NCBI GenBank assembly: GCA_965242525.1
Contig: OZ251459.1
Coordinates: forward strand, 3,008,001-3,072,000
Source: an uncultured Candidatus Binatia bacterium
Lineage (GTDB): Bacteria > Desulfobacterota > Binatia > UBA9968 > JAJDTQ01
Direction: 5' to 3'
DNA length: 64,000 nucleotides
Shown: in pieces, positions 9,545 through 20,120 of the stretch
How positions within the stretch are numbered: position 1 is the stretch's first letter
How the letters are laid out: the number at the start of each line of letters is the position of its first letter
Translations under genes and position numbers: made by a program
The notes under the pieces: generated by a model
What the model saw: the letters and a program-made list of their open reading frames with translations, nothing else
Database searches by the model: none
What the model was told of the DNA's origin: nothing

Positions 9545-10753
9545 ATGGAAGCTCAGGCTCGCATCTACGACGCCCTGCTGGCGGAACACCTTGCCCAGAA
9601 CCGGCAGATGGCGTTCGTGAGCGGTCCGCGGCAGGTGGGCAAGACCACCACCTGCCGGCGGCACGCGGACGCCTACCGCAACTGGGACAACCTCGACCAC
9701 CGGGAGTCCGTTCTGGCCGGTCCGGCTCGACTCGCCGCAGATCTCGGGGTGGACCGGCTGTCCGGGACGATTCCCGTGGCGCTCTTCGACGAGCTTCACA
9801 AGTTCCCGCGATGGCGTCCGTTCCTGAAGGGGATGTACGACACCTGCGGCGACCGGCTCCGCATCGTCGTCACCGGGAGCAGCCGCATGGACATCTACCG
9901 CCGCGGCGGCGACAGCCTGATGGGGCGGTATTTCTCCTATCGGATGCATCCTTTCTCCGTGGCCGAGACGGTGAACCGGGACCTGCCTGACCCGGACCGC
10001 ATCATCCGTGAACCCGCGGCCATGGAGACCGACGACTTCGAGGCGCTGTGGCATCACGGCGGCTATCCCGAACCGTTCCTCAAGCGCGACGTCCGGTTCA
10101 GCCGGCGGTGGCGTTCGTTGCGCCTCAAGCAACTGGTCAGGGAAGACCTCCGCGACCTGGCCCGTATCCAACAGGTGGACCAGATGGAAGTGCTGGTCCG
10201 TCTGCTCGCTCAGGGATCAGGACGCCAACTGGTGTACGGCAACCTCGCGCGGGAGGTGCGCGTGTCGGTGGACACGGTCCGGCGCTGGGTCGCGGCCCTG
10301 TGCGACTTCCACTTGGGCTTCCTGGTCCGACCCTGGTTCAGGAACCTCTCCCGCTCCCTGCGCAAGGAGCCGAAGTGGTACTTGCGGGATTGGGCGGACA
10401 TCAAGGACCCGGGGGCCAAGGCCGAGACCTTCGTGGCGTGCCACTTGCTCAAGGCCGTGGACGGCTGGAACGACATGGGCCTCGGCCGGTTCGACCTGGG
10501 CTACCTGCGCGACAAGGAAAAGCGCGAAGTCGATTTCGTGGTGGCCCGCGACGGAAAGCCGTGGTTCCTCGTCGAAGTGAAGCTCCGCGAGGGGTCCATG
10601 AGCCCGGCGCTAAGGTCCTACCAGGAGCGGCTCAACGCCCCGTTCGCGTTTCAGGTGGCGGTGGACGCCGATTACGTGCACGCGGACTGCTTCGCCGCGC
10701 CGGGACGTCCCCTGATGGCGCCGGCGCGGACGTTGCTGTCGCAACTGTTGTGA
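9545..10753 (+). CDS. AAA_14 ATPase with DUF4143 domain
   Basis: GPRQVGKTT, FDELHK, VTGSS, GGYPEP, KEPKWYLRD, EVDFVV...EVK. Confidence 0.9.
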   Translation: MEAQARIYDALLAEHLAQNRQMAFVSGPRQVGKTTTCRRHADAYRNWDNLDHRESVLAGPARLAADLGVDRLSGTIPVALFDELHKFPRWRPFLKGMYDTCGDRLRIVVTGSSRMDIYRRGGDSLMGRYFSYRMHPFSVAETVNRDLPDPDRIIREPAAMETDDFEALWHHGGYPEPFLKRDVRFSRRWRSLRLKQLVREDLRDLARIQQVDQMEVLVRLLAQGSGRQLVYGNLAREVRVSVDTVRRWVAALCDFHLGFLVRPWFRNLSRSLRKEPKWYLRDWADIKDPGAKAETFVACHLLKAVDGWNDMGLGRFDLGYLRDKEKREVDFVVARDGKPWFLVEVKLREGSMSPALRSYQERLNAPFAFQVAVDADYVHADCFAAPGRPLMAPARTLLSQLL

Positions 10754-10799
10754 ACGGGAACGCCGGACTATCGGAAGCCTCGGCTGCGAACACAGCATG

Positions 10800-11525
10800 T
10801 CACCGGCGGGCCGTCATGGCTTGTCGGTTCGCTGCTGCACGTATGGCTTCCTCAAGCTCTCTCGCCTTCACTTCGTAACCGGCAAAATCCTGGATGTTGT
10901 CGTGCCGGACGTGAAGTTGGCCTTCGCCGACGTTGCCGCGGTGCTGGCCGTGGGAATAGTACTGATTGGTCTCTACTTCGCGTGAGGAAAGGACCCAATA
11001 CCGAATGACGTCACGCCACACTGCAATCCACACGAACACGTCACAGCAACTCGGCTTGACTTGCTGGAAGTTCATCCAGAATTCCTTCCGTGAATCGGAA
11101 GCAAGCGCCTTGACGTATAGCGGAGCGTCCATGTTCGCGTCCACGGCTCGAGACGCCTTTACTTCGATTCGGACGCCGTCAAGGTAAAAATCGTATTGAC
11201 CAGAGTAGTCCGGGTCCACCTTCCTGGACGGTTTGACCAGGTCAGGGACGAGTTCCTTCAGGTGGCCTTGTGCCCACGCTTCTCCGAATGAACGCGGCGC
11301 GCTAATCTCGAAGATGTAGAGGAAGAGGTTTCTGTGGATATAATTATCCCGGAGTTCATGATAGCCATCCAGGGTAAGCAGGTCCTTGGCCAACAGGGTT
11401 GCGATGATGTACTCGTACTCGTTGAAAGGATAAACGGACACCAGGGTATCGAGCCTGTCGCGGATCTCAGGTTCTTCCGGCAGTTGCGCCAACAACGAAT
11501 CGAGTTCTTCCTGAAGACGTTCCAT
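10800..11525 (-). CDS. Putative type II restriction endonuclease (PD-(D/E)xK)
   Basis: YDFYLDGVRIEVKASR motif; lies 4 bp downstream of a DNA MTase gene. Confidence 0.65.
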   Translation of the reverse strand: MERLQEELDSLLAQLPEEPEIRDRLDTLVSVYPFNEYEYIIATLLAKDLLTLDGYHELRDNYIHRNLFLYIFEISAPRSFGEAWAQGHLKELVPDLVKPSRKVDPDYSGQYDFYLDGVRIEVKASRAVDANMDAPLYVKALASDSRKEFWMNFQQVKPSCCDVFVWIAVWRDVIRYWVLSSREVETNQYYSHGQHRGNVGEGQLHVRHDNIQDFAGYEVKARELEEAIRAAANRQAMTARR

Positions 11526-11529
11526 GAGC

Positions 11530-12516
11530 CTAGAGCAATGTCTTCTGTGCCGCAGATTCAGATTCGGGACCGCGGTCAAGCGGCACGTCGGCAACCTCGG
11601 CTTCAAACGAGTGGCCATTCTGCCAGCCGGTTCGACCTGTCGTACGGAACCGTTCCAGGCGTCGAATGGAAATTTCGGCATAGATCGGATCCACGTCCAT
11701 TGTGAAACACCTCCGGCCGAGTGTTTCCGAAACCAGCAGCGTCGTCCCGGAATGAGCAAAGAAATCAATCACCAGGTCGTCAGGGTCCGAGCTTGCCCGG
11801 ACGATGCGCTCAATGCACTTCATGGGCTTTTGCGCATAACAGCCCGAGACGTTTTCTTCCATGCGGTAGAATACCTGCTGGATGTCCACCCAGACGTTCC
11901 CCGCCCGGATAGTGTCGGAGCGGCTTCTTTCCAGGTTCTCCGTTTTCTTCCCGTTTACGTCCTTGTAGTACCCACGCAGGATCTTCGGTATGTCGGTGTA
12001 TTCGGCATCCACGTTGAACCGCGGTTTTCCCTTGGCATAGTAGAGCAGCTCCTGCCGGACAGCCATCCAATTCCCTTGAGTGCCGTATCCGCGTTGGTTC
12101 CTCATGGTGATGAAGCTGCGTGGACGAAACGGCTGGTCCCGCATCATCAAGATGAAGTCCGCCAGCGGCTGGAACCCATCGGTCTGATCCGCCCCAACCC
12201 AGACGTAAAAGGAAGAATCGGGCGCCAGCGCCGTCTGCGTATGGGAGACCCATCTTCGGCACCAATCAACGAATTCTCCTATCGAACGTCGCTCGAACGC
12301 AGCCAGGTTATATGGTGGGTCGTGGATCGCCAGCGTCGCCTGTTCTCCGTTCATGAGGCCATCGACCGCCTGCCGGTCGGCGGCGTCAAGACACCCGACA
12401 CGGTGGCCCCGGAGGGAATCGGTCCAGACTTCGCCAACTCGAAGACGACAATGCGGCATCAACTTTCGCCGCAGGCGAGGCGCCGTGTCGAGCCTCGGAA
12501 GAGGGTGATTGTTCAT
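11530..12516 (-). CDS. N4/N6 DNA methyltransferase, beta class
   Basis: Motif IV DPPY precedes QKP...IERIV and motif I DFFAHSGTT; start approximate. Confidence 0.9.
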   Translation of the reverse strand: MNNHPLPRLDTAPRLRRKLMPHCRLRVGEVWTDSLRGHRVGCLDAADRQAVDGLMNGEQATLAIHDPPYNLAAFERRSIGEFVDWCRRWVSHTQTALAPDSSFYVWVGADQTDGFQPLADFILMMRDQPFRPRSFITMRNQRGYGTQGNWMAVRQELLYYAKGKPRFNVDAEYTDIPKILRGYYKDVNGKKTENLERSRSDTIRAGNVWVDIQQVFYRMEENVSGCYAQKPMKCIERIVRASSDPDDLVIDFFAHSGTTLLVSETLGRRCFTMDVDPIYAEISIRRLERFRTTGRTGWQNGHSFEAEVADVPLDRGPESESAAQKTLL

Positions 12517-12684
12517 CACTGTGATCGCCGTATGAAACTTGTCGTGGACCCCGAACCGTCCTTCTCCAAGCCAGACCTGGCAGGCCACGCGCGATGGCTG
12601 CCAAGACACACACTCAGCCTATCATGGCGCACGTTCGGCGGCAACGCAGGGTGTCGTATCCCGCCTATGGACGCAATACGCTGC

Positions 12685-12948
12685 TCATTTTCCCCAGGTC
12701 GAAGCCGGCATATTGGCGCACACGCTTGAGTTGCGGTCCATCGTGAACCCGCCTCCCGGCGCTCTGAAGTAGATGGCCATATCCACCGGGAAGCGTTCGG
12801 AGCGCTTCGTGAACCTTTCGCATCCTCCGGGTTCCGGAGCCGCAGGCTCGAACCATACGGAGTCTTCCACCTGACGGGGTTCCGTAGGAAGACTACAGGC
12901 GGCGCCCGTCAACAGTGCGACAGCGAACACGATGCTTCGGCTCACCAT
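12685..12948 (-). CDS. Small putative lipoprotein
   Basis: Signal peptide with lipobox-like LTGAAC; two further Cys; start overlaps the S8 stop codon. Confidence 0.5.
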   Translation of the reverse strand: MVSRSIVFAVALLTGAACSLPTEPRQVEDSVWFEPAAPEPGGCERFTKRSERFPVDMAIYFRAPGGGFTMDRNSSVCANMPASTWGK

Positions 12949-15257
12949 GTCAACCTGTAACCGAGGCCTATGGACGTTCTCTTGCGGCCACTGACGTGCC
13001 CTGCATTGACCGCGTGCGCTACCTCTACTGCGACGTGGCCGACTCCTACGTCACGGTCATGGCGAAGCGACAACCGGACTTCCCGCGCGTCCGGCGACAG
13101 CGCGAAGTTCCGCGACGTGTAGAGCCATTCTCCATCCCGGGTACGTCCAACCGGATAGGTGACGGTCCCGGCGCCGGTCTCGGCCCTGAGCGGTTGCGAG
13201 AGCGAAAGCCTGGTAATGGCTTCTTCCATCCCATAGGCGATTCCTGCTTCGGCCGCGGTGTAGAGCGCCGGGGTCGTCTGCAACATCGCGCCCTTGGCGT
13301 GGTCGGTGTCGCCCGCGGCGACCGTCCACGTCCCTTCGAAGCGAAGCGGGCCGGCGTCGTGTGCGTACCTTCGGCTCATGAAGACGATGGAACTACCCGC
13401 ACCCAGGCCGAACGCCCCACCCTGGCTGGCGCCTTGATTCGTGTCAGGCTCATGAACAAGGCCGAACCGTAGAGTGGTCCCCGGAAAGTTGGCCGAAATG
13501 CCTGCTGTACGAACCGCATGGTCACCCTTGGACACGTCCGCGGCAAAGCGAAGTTTCCAAGTCTCGCCTGTCCGTCCCTCCATCCACGACAAGGCAGGCA
13601 TGAGATGCCTTTCCTCGTTGGCGTCCACCGCGCCAGGGCGGGGCGGAACGTATGAGGCGGCAACCGACCTGAAGCGCCCGGCCAGCGGACTCCAAAACGG
13701 CGCGTTCCATTCATCGAAGGCGGCAAACTCGGCGCCGAGCAACCGCCCGCCAACGTCTCCCCATGAAGACGGAACCGCTGCGAAAGTCGCATCGACCGAT
13801 GCCCTTCGGCTCCCCGTTCCGGTTGTCAGGACCCCGATGGGTCTGGTCGCCGTATCCAGGTCCATCACGCCAGCACCGTAGATCGTGGAATCGGCGTAGA
13901 TTCCCCGGTTGTTCGCCGTGTTCACCATGCGGAGCCCGATTTCCCGCGGATGCAGTTGCCCCCGGAACGCCTCCATCATCAACGCGAGCCCACCGGAGAT
14001 CATGGGCGCGGCAAAGGATGTTCCATTTACCCGAATCGGCGTGTTGCTGCCGGGTTCAGCCACATTGATGTTCCACCCAGGCGCAGCAAGGCAGTAGTGG
14101 CGTCCGTGCCGTGCCAGGTTCCAATTGCTCGGGAGTGGCCCGCATCGGTTCGAGTTCTCCGCGATCACCGCCCCGCCACCGCCGGATTCCAGTCCCGCGG
14201 CAGCAAAATGTAGTCCCCGCAGCTCTGGAATGAATCCGGCCGCCGCGGCGCCGGGGGCCGGGAAGCGGAGACCATCATTGCCAGCCGCGGTCACGTAAAG
14301 CGTCTTGTCCCCTTCCGCAATATCTTGTTGTGTATAGGCTCGCCAAAACCTCGGCAGGTTATTCCGTATCCATGTGAATATCCGCCCTTCTCCTCGGTAT
14401 TGTCGAAATAGCTGAATATCGTTGTCAGCCCCGATTCCGTACGATTCGTTGACGATGTCCACATGACCGGCTCCCTCACGGAAGCCGTCTGCGATGAGTT
14501 CGTCGATTTCTCTTGTTTCTTGCGGTGTGGCAAACCCTCGGTCGATCGCCACCAGGATGGCGTTTACAGCATCGTTTTGCGCTCGTTGTGTCGCCGGATC
14601 GTTGTCTAGCGGTATCCCTCTGGGAACGATTGTGGCGTCCGGGGCGACTCCCAGACGATCTCCAGCCGCTACGGACGCCACCGCGGTGCCGTGATTTCGA
14701 AGCACCCGGCCATCGTTCCCGCGCTCAGCGAGAGCCGGTATCTCGTGGTACCTGCCAAGCGGATTTGCACTCAAAACTCGGATATAGACATAATCATCGT
14801 ATTGGGGCCACCCGTTCTCTCGAACCCAATTGATGGCTACCCGATCAACGTCTTCAGGGGAGTCGGCATCGACGTAGATACACCTGACACGGGGACACGG
14901 TGTACCGGTTACCACAGGATGCGTGATGGTGATTCCGGCGTTCCTGGTGTCGATACGTCCGGCGAATTCCCTATGGAGGAAGTCGAGCGTCTCGTCTTCG
15001 ATGCCGATCCTTACACCTCGCCCGGTAAGACCGCGTTCGTATGCGTTACGCGCCGAGACGGGGCGCAAGGCCGTCTGTCTCTGTTCACGTGCGTCGATTT
15101 CGAATGCCGACAGACCTCGGGACGGAGCCGGTTGAGGCGCAGGTCCCGAAGCCGAAGGAGCGTTCGACCCTCCCCCGCTACAAGCTGCAAGCACCAATAC
15201 CAGACCTCCGACTGCAACCTGCCTACACGTCGAAAAGATGCCTTTCCTTGATCTCAT
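12942..15257 (-). CDS. S8 subtilisin-like serine protease, lipoprotein with C-terminal beta-barrel-like region
   Basis: Lipobox LAAC; catalytic GIED, NHGTAVASVAAG, AAGN, GTSFAAP; C-terminal amphipathic strands ending LGYRLTW. Confidence 0.9.
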   Translation of the reverse strand: MRSRKGIFSTCRQVAVGGLVLVLAACSGGGSNAPSASGPAPQPAPSRGLSAFEIDAREQRQTALRPVSARNAYERGLTGRGVRIGIEDETLDFLHREFAGRIDTRNAGITITHPVVTGTPCPRVRCIYVDADSPEDVDRVAINWVRENGWPQYDDYVYIRVLSANPLGRYHEIPALAERGNDGRVLRNHGTAVASVAAGDRLGVAPDATIVPRGIPLDNDPATQRAQNDAVNAILVAIDRGFATPQETREIDELIADGFREGAGHVDIVNESYGIGADNDIQLFRQYRGEGRIFTWIRNNLPRFWRAYTQQDIAEGDKTLYVTAAGNDGLRFPAPGAAAAGFIPELRGLHFAAAGLESGGGGAVIAENSNRCGPLPSNWNLARHGRHYCLAAPGWNINVAEPGSNTPIRVNGTSFAAPMISGGLALMMEAFRGQLHPREIGLRMVNTANNRGIYADSTIYGAGVMDLDTATRPIGVLTTGTGSRRASVDATFAAVPSSWGDVGGRLLGAEFAAFDEWNAPFWSPLAGRFRSVAASYVPPRPGAVDANEERHLMPALSWMEGRTGETWKLRFAADVSKGDHAVRTAGISANFPGTTLRFGLVHEPDTNQGASQGGAFGLGAGSSIVFMSRRYAHDAGPLRFEGTWTVAAGDTDHAKGAMLQTTPALYTAAEAGIAYGMEEAITRLSLSQPLRAETGAGTVTYPVGRTRDGEWLYTSRNFALSPDAREVRLSLRHDRDVGVGHVAVEVAHAVNAGHVSGRKRTSIGLGYRLTW

Positions 15258-15562
15258 CTCACATTCTCCTCATGGCCCCGTGAAGAAACCCCGGCCACGG
15301 AACCGATGACACGTTCGACCAGACCGCGGCAAGATTGCCGGGCCAGTGAACACATCCCACAGAAGGTGTTGATGTTTCCGCTCATGGCTATTCCGGTTTT
15401 TGTGTGGGCAGGATTTCACGGGTTAGCGTTTCTTTTCTCCTTGAGGATGAGGGAATCGGAGTTCTTCGCGTGGGTGGGGAGTGTCACAATCCACACGAAA
15501 GCCGGAAGAGCCTGAAAACCCGGCCCCTTCCCTGACCGGCTACCGGCCCGTTGCATATGCCG

Positions 15563-16387
15563 TCAACAGAGCCACTTCTCCAGAACCCCCCTCCGGTGCG
15601 ACAATGCCGGCAGCCTGCGCCTCACTTCCTCCAGGTAGTCCAGGTCGATAGGCGCCAGGATGACGCCCGGTTCCGTGCCCGCCTTGGCGATCACCTTGCC
15701 CCAGGGATCCACTATCATGGAGTGGCCGTAGGCCGACATGCTGGCGGGGTGGTTGCCGGTCTGGTCGGGGGCGATGACATAGACTTGGTTCTCGATGGCG
15801 CGGGCGCGGAGCAGCGGCTCCCAGTGGGCGGGGCCGGTGGCGGTGGAGAAGACGGACGGCACGAAGACGATCCGGGCGCCGCGTTGGGTGAGGCGGCGGT
15901 ACAGTTCCGGGAAGCGCAGGTCGTAGCACACGGAAAGCCCCATGGGGCACAGGGGGGTGTCCGCCACTGCCACGGCGTCGCCCGGCTGCCGGAACCGGGA
16001 CTCGCGGATGGGATCTTCGCCCTCGATGTCCACGTCGAACAGGTGGATTTTTCGGTACTTGGCGAGGATTCCGGTTCCGGGGCCGAGGAGCACGCTGGTG
16101 TTGAAGGCCCGGTCCCCGCCGTCCGTGCGCTCCAGGATGGAGCCTGCCAGCAGGTACAGGCCAAGCTCCGCGGCCAGGGCGCTCATGCGCTCGGTCGAGG
16201 GACCCGGCACCGGCTCTGCGTTGGCCCCGGTGTCCGCGCCGCGGCCCCGCCAGTTGAACACCTCCGGCAGCACCACCAATTGCGCCCCTTGCGCGTGGGA
16301 TTGGCGGATCCAACACTCGGCTTCCCGGAGGTTCGCTTCCTTGTCGGACGTGGCCAGCATCTGGACCGCTGCGGCGAGGAATTTCAT
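15563..16387 (-). CDS. Carbon-nitrogen hydrolase (Nit1-like nitrilase family)
   Basis: LPEVF, YRKIHLFDV, VCYDLRFPE (E-K-C triad), RARAIENQ, YGHSMIVDPWG. Confidence 0.92.
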   Translation of the reverse strand: MKFLAAAVQMLATSDKEANLREAECWIRQSHAQGAQLVVLPEVFNWRGRGADTGANAEPVPGPSTERMSALAAELGLYLLAGSILERTDGGDRAFNTSVLLGPGTGILAKYRKIHLFDVDIEGEDPIRESRFRQPGDAVAVADTPLCPMGLSVCYDLRFPELYRRLTQRGARIVFVPSVFSTATGPAHWEPLLRARAIENQVYVIAPDQTGNHPASMSAYGHSMIVDPWGKVIAKAGTEPGVILAPIDLDYLEEVRRRLPALSHRRGVLEKWLC

Positions 16388-16400
16388 TGGAACACCTTTC

Positions 16401-16510
16401 GGAACGTCTGATCCATTCCGGCTTGAACTCCCTCTCCCTGCGGGAAAGCGCGTCCTTCGACTTCGCTTCGCTACGCTCAGGACGAACGGGGATAATGGTT
16501 CAGGGTTTCC
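16401..16510 (+). repeat. 110-bp REP-carrying MITE-like element
   Basis: Ends GGAACGTCTGATCC / GGTTCAGGGTTTCC (imperfect inverted repeat) around the REP core. Confidence 0.8.
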
Positions 16511-16652
16511 TATACCAACGTACAACGCCGCTGCGGTTCTGCCTAGCCGCGCCGCTGTCCCGGTGGAACGCTGCGCGGACGGAACTCCCGTGAGAACGGA
16601 AATCCGCGCCCGGACCCTTGGGGGGCTCCGGGAAGAATGATAACATGAACCC

Positions 16653-16937
16653 ATGTCCGGAGAGACATCCAGGAAGGGACCCCGGCAGGAGAGCCTGTTC
16701 CGTGAGCTTCGGAGTTTTGCGGAACGGTGCGGCGTCGAGGTCCGCTGCGAGAAGCTGCCCCGGGACTTCGGCTACCGCGTGCGCAGCGGCGGCTGTCTGG
16801 TGAAGGGACGGAAGTGGGTGATCGTGGACCGGACGCTCTCGGTCCGCGACCGGCTGGACTTTCTGGCCGACGAGCTCAAGCAGTCTCTGGACCGGGAGTT
16901 GGAGATACCCGCCAACCTGCGCGCGCTGCTCGACTGA
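16653..16937 (+). CDS. Hypothetical protein (94 aa)
   Basis: Protein-like composition (GVEVRCEKL, SGGCLVKGRKWVIVD, LDFLADEL) in an otherwise empty intergenic gap. Confidence 0.7.
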   Translation: MSGETSRKGPRQESLFRELRSFAERCGVEVRCEKLPRDFGYRVRSGGCLVKGRKWVIVDRTLSVRDRLDFLADELKQSLDRELEIPANLRALLD

Positions 16938-16975
16938 TCCCGCCCGTTCCGCGGTCGCCGCGACGACCACGACCA

Positions 16976-17085
16976 GGAGCCTCTGTTCAATCCTGGCTTG
17001 AGGCGCTTCTCCCTATGAGAAAGCGCGTCCTTCGACTTCGCTTCGCTACGCTCAGGACGAACGGGGACAATGGTCCAGGGTTTCC
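16976..17085 (+). repeat. 110-bp REP-carrying MITE-like element
   Basis: Same length and core as 16401-16510; ends GGAGCCTCTG / CCAGGGTTTCC. Confidence 0.8.
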
Positions 17086-17086
17086 C

Positions 17087-18571
17087 CTACTGCATGAAGA
17101 AATCGAGCGAGGCCGTGGTGTAGTCGAGCAGCGGTCCCCAATAGATCCCGAGCGCCAGGGTCAGCGCCGCCAGGACGCCCAGCAGCGGGGTCGCGCTTGC
17201 GGTGGCGGCCACGGGTCCGTCATCGGGGCCCGGCTCTTCGAGGAACATGGTCCTGACCACGCGGACATAGTAGTAGAGCGAGACGACGGTGTTGAGGAGC
17301 GCCGCCACCGCCAGCACGTAGAACTGGCCCTCGATGATGGCGGCGAACAGCAGCAGCTTGCCGATGAACCCCGCTAGCGGCGGCAGCCCGGTGAGGGAGA
17401 AGAGGAAGACCGCCATGCACACGGCCGGGAACGCCGCGCCCCGTTGGGCTAGGCCCCGGTAGGCGTCCATGTCCTCCCGGCCCGTGGCGTTGGCCACCAC
17501 CATGACCACCAGGAAGGCCCCCAGGTTCATGATGAGATAGACCACCACGTAGAAGAGCATGGCGGTGAGCCCGTCGTTGTTGAGCACCACGAGACCCATC
17601 ATCACGTAACCCGCATGGGCGATGCCGGAGTAGGCCAGCAGGCGCTTGACGTTCCTCTGGTTCAGGGCGGAGAGGTTGCCCCAGGTCATGGTGACGATGC
17701 TGAGGGCCACCAGCAGGTCGGTCCACTGCACCGCGGGGAACGCCTGGAAGGTCCAGACTCCTTCCTGTCCGAGGGTGGAGACCGCGGGATAGAAGAACCG
17801 GATCAGGATGGCTGCTCCTGCGGCGTTGGAGGCCACCGAGAGGAACCCGGTGAAGGGCGTGGGCGCGCCCTGGTATACGTCCGGCGACCACATGTGGAAC
17901 GGCGCGAAGGCCATCTTGTAGCCGAAGCCGGCCAGGATGAAGACGAACGCGATGAACAGGCCCGTCTGGTTGCCGTCCGCCCCGGACATGGCCGCGTTGA
18001 TGGCGGCGTAGTCCAGGCTCCCGGCCATGCCGAACACCCAGCTCATGCCGTAGATCATGGCGCCGGAGGCCACGCCGCCGTAGATGAGGTATTTCAACGC
18101 CGCCTCGGCCGAGCGCCGGTTGTGGGGCAACATGCCGGTGAGGATGTACGAGGTCAGGCTCACCAGCTCCAGGCCGAGGTAGGCCATCAGCAGGTTGTTG
18201 GCCGAGGCCATGAAGAACATGCCCAGGCCGCAGGTGAGCAGCACGATGTAGTACTCGCCCAGGTGGACCTGGCGCACCTCGCCCGACCCGATGGACATCC
18301 ACACCGCGGCCACCAGCGCAGCCAGGGTCAGCACCTTGAAGAACAGGCTGAAGTTGTCCAGGGCCACCATGCGGTGGAACAGCAGCGTGGGCGGCGTGCC
18401 GTACAACTCCACCGCGGCGCCCGCGGCGGCCAGGCATCCGGCCAGGCCCACGTAGGCCAGGAGCCGCTTGTTGGCCACCGCCAGGTCCAGGATCGTCAAC
18501 AGGATGATGGTCCCCGCGAGGACGATCTCCGGATGGAACAGCTTGAGGCTTGCGAGGTTACCGAGGTCCAT
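17087..18571 (-). CDS. nuoN: NADH-quinone oxidoreductase subunit N
   Basis: LELVSL, EAALKY, GFGYKMAFAPFHMWSPDVYQGAP, KRLLAYSGIAHAGY. Confidence 0.95.
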   Translation of the reverse strand: MDLGNLASLKLFHPEIVLAGTIILLTILDLAVANKRLLAYVGLAGCLAAAGAAVELYGTPPTLLFHRMVALDNFSLFFKVLTLAALVAAVWMSIGSGEVRQVHLGEYYIVLLTCGLGMFFMASANNLLMAYLGLELVSLTSYILTGMLPHNRRSAEAALKYLIYGGVASGAMIYGMSWVFGMAGSLDYAAINAAMSGADGNQTGLFIAFVFILAGFGYKMAFAPFHMWSPDVYQGAPTPFTGFLSVASNAAGAAILIRFFYPAVSTLGQEGVWTFQAFPAVQWTDLLVALSIVTMTWGNLSALNQRNVKRLLAYSGIAHAGYVMMGLVVLNNDGLTAMLFYVVVYLIMNLGAFLVVMVVANATGREDMDAYRGLAQRGAAFPAVCMAVFLFSLTGLPPLAGFIGKLLLFAAIIEGQFYVLAVAALLNTVVSLYYYVRVVRTMFLEEPGPDDGPVAATASATPLLGVLAALTLALGIYWGPLLDYTTASLDFFMQ

Positions 18572-18577
18572 CTCGTG

Positions 18578-20098
18578 CTACGACAGGTGCGTGACCACCA
18601 TCAGGTTGATGTTGTCGAGCGAAGCCTGGAGCAGGTCGAGCACCACCCGGGGATACACGCCCACCACCACCACGATGACCCCCAACGGGAACAGCGTGAA
18701 GATCTCGCGGCCGTTGATCTCCGGCAGCGACCGGTACTTCTCGTTGGGCGGGCCCAGATAGACACGCTGCATCATCCACAGCATGTAGCCCGCGGTGATG
18801 ACGATGCCCAGGGCCGCGACGATGGTCAGGATGTGGTACTTGGGCCACGCGCCCAGCAGGATCAGCACCTCGGAGACGAACCCCGACAGGCCCGGAAGGC
18901 CCATGGAGGCGAAGAACGCCAGCGCGGTGAACCCGGCGTAAACCGGCATGATGCCGGCCAGCCCGCCGAAGCCGTTGATCTCCCGGTGGTGGGCGCGGTC
19001 GTAGATCACCCCCACCAGCAGGAAGAGCATGGCGGTGATGGTGCCGTGGTTGAACATCTGGAGCACCGCGCCGTTGATGCCCTGGCTGTTGAACGCGGCC
19101 ATCCCCAGCATCACGTACCCCATGTGGCTGACGCTGGAGTAGGCCACCAGCTTCTTCATGTCCGTCTGCGCCATGGCGCAAAGTCCGCCATAGACGATGT
19201 TCCAGGCCCCCAGGGCCGCGAGGAAGTAGAAGGCCAGGTCCGCGGTGGCCACCGGGAGCATGGGGTAGTTGATGCGCAGGATGCCGTAGGTGCCCATCTT
19301 GAGGAGGATCCCCGCCAGGATCACGGAGATGGCGGTGGGCGCCTCCACGTGGGCGTCGGGCAGCCAGGTGTGGAACGGGAAGGCCGGGATCTTGATGGCG
19401 AAGCCGATGAACAGGGCCATCCACACCACGTGCTGGAAGCCCCAGCCCCACAGGTGGAAGGGCCACATGGCCAGGGGCTCGGCGCTGTAGAGGCTGCTCC
19501 GGTCCATGAGTTTCGTCATGTCGAAGGTGTTGGGCTCGGAATAGAAATACAGCGCCAGGATCGCCACCAGCATCAGCACGCTGCCGAGCAGCGTGTAGAG
19601 GAAGAACTTGATGGCGGCGTACTCCTTGCGCGGGCCGCCCCAGATGCCGATGAGGAAGTACATGGGAAGCAGCATGACCTCCCAGAAGACGTAGAAGAGC
19701 ACGAAGTCCAGGGCCACGAACACGCCGGTCATGCCCGTGTCCAGCAGCAGGAAGAGCGCGAAGTACCCCTTGACCCCCTTGTCGATGCCCCAGGAAGCGA
19801 AGATGCACAGGAAGGACAGGAGCGCCGTCAGCAGCACCATGGAGACGCTGAGGCCGTCCACTCCCACGAAGTACTCGATATTGAAGGCGGGGATCCAGGC
19901 GGCCCGCTCGACGAACTGCATGGCGGTGGTGGTGGTGTCGAAGTTGGCGTAGAGCCAGACCCCCAGGATGAGCGGCGGCACGGTGGCCAAGGCCGAGACC
20001 CAGCGAATGAGATCATGCCGTTCCCTGGGCAGGACGAGCACGACGAACATGCCTACCAGGGGGCAGAAGACCATGTAGCTGAGCACGTGATCGGTCAT
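18578..20098 (-). CDS. nuoM: NADH-quinone oxidoreductase subunit M
   Basis: FYVFWEVMLLP, IKIPAFPFHTWLPDAHVEAPT, LLKMGTYG. Confidence 0.95.
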   Translation of the reverse strand: MTDHVLSYMVFCPLVGMFVVLVLPRERHDLIRWVSALATVPPLILGVWLYANFDTTTTAMQFVERAAWIPAFNIEYFVGVDGLSVSMVLLTALLSFLCIFASWGIDKGVKGYFALFLLLDTGMTGVFVALDFVLFYVFWEVMLLPMYFLIGIWGGPRKEYAAIKFFLYTLLGSVLMLVAILALYFYSEPNTFDMTKLMDRSSLYSAEPLAMWPFHLWGWGFQHVVWMALFIGFAIKIPAFPFHTWLPDAHVEAPTAISVILAGILLKMGTYGILRINYPMLPVATADLAFYFLAALGAWNIVYGGLCAMAQTDMKKLVAYSSVSHMGYVMLGMAAFNSQGINGAVLQMFNHGTITAMLFLLVGVIYDRAHHREINGFGGLAGIMPVYAGFTALAFFASMGLPGLSGFVSEVLILLGAWPKYHILTIVAALGIVITAGYMLWMMQRVYLGPPNEKYRSLPEINGREIFTLFPLGVIVVVVGVYPRVVLDLLQASLDNINLMVVTHLS

Positions 20099-20120
20099 TT
20101 TCGCGTCTCTCCTATGCTGC

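Noticed and set aside
15306-15515. 69-aa ORF upstream of the S8 gene
   Set aside because: No RBS or recognisable motif; more likely intergenic sequence.
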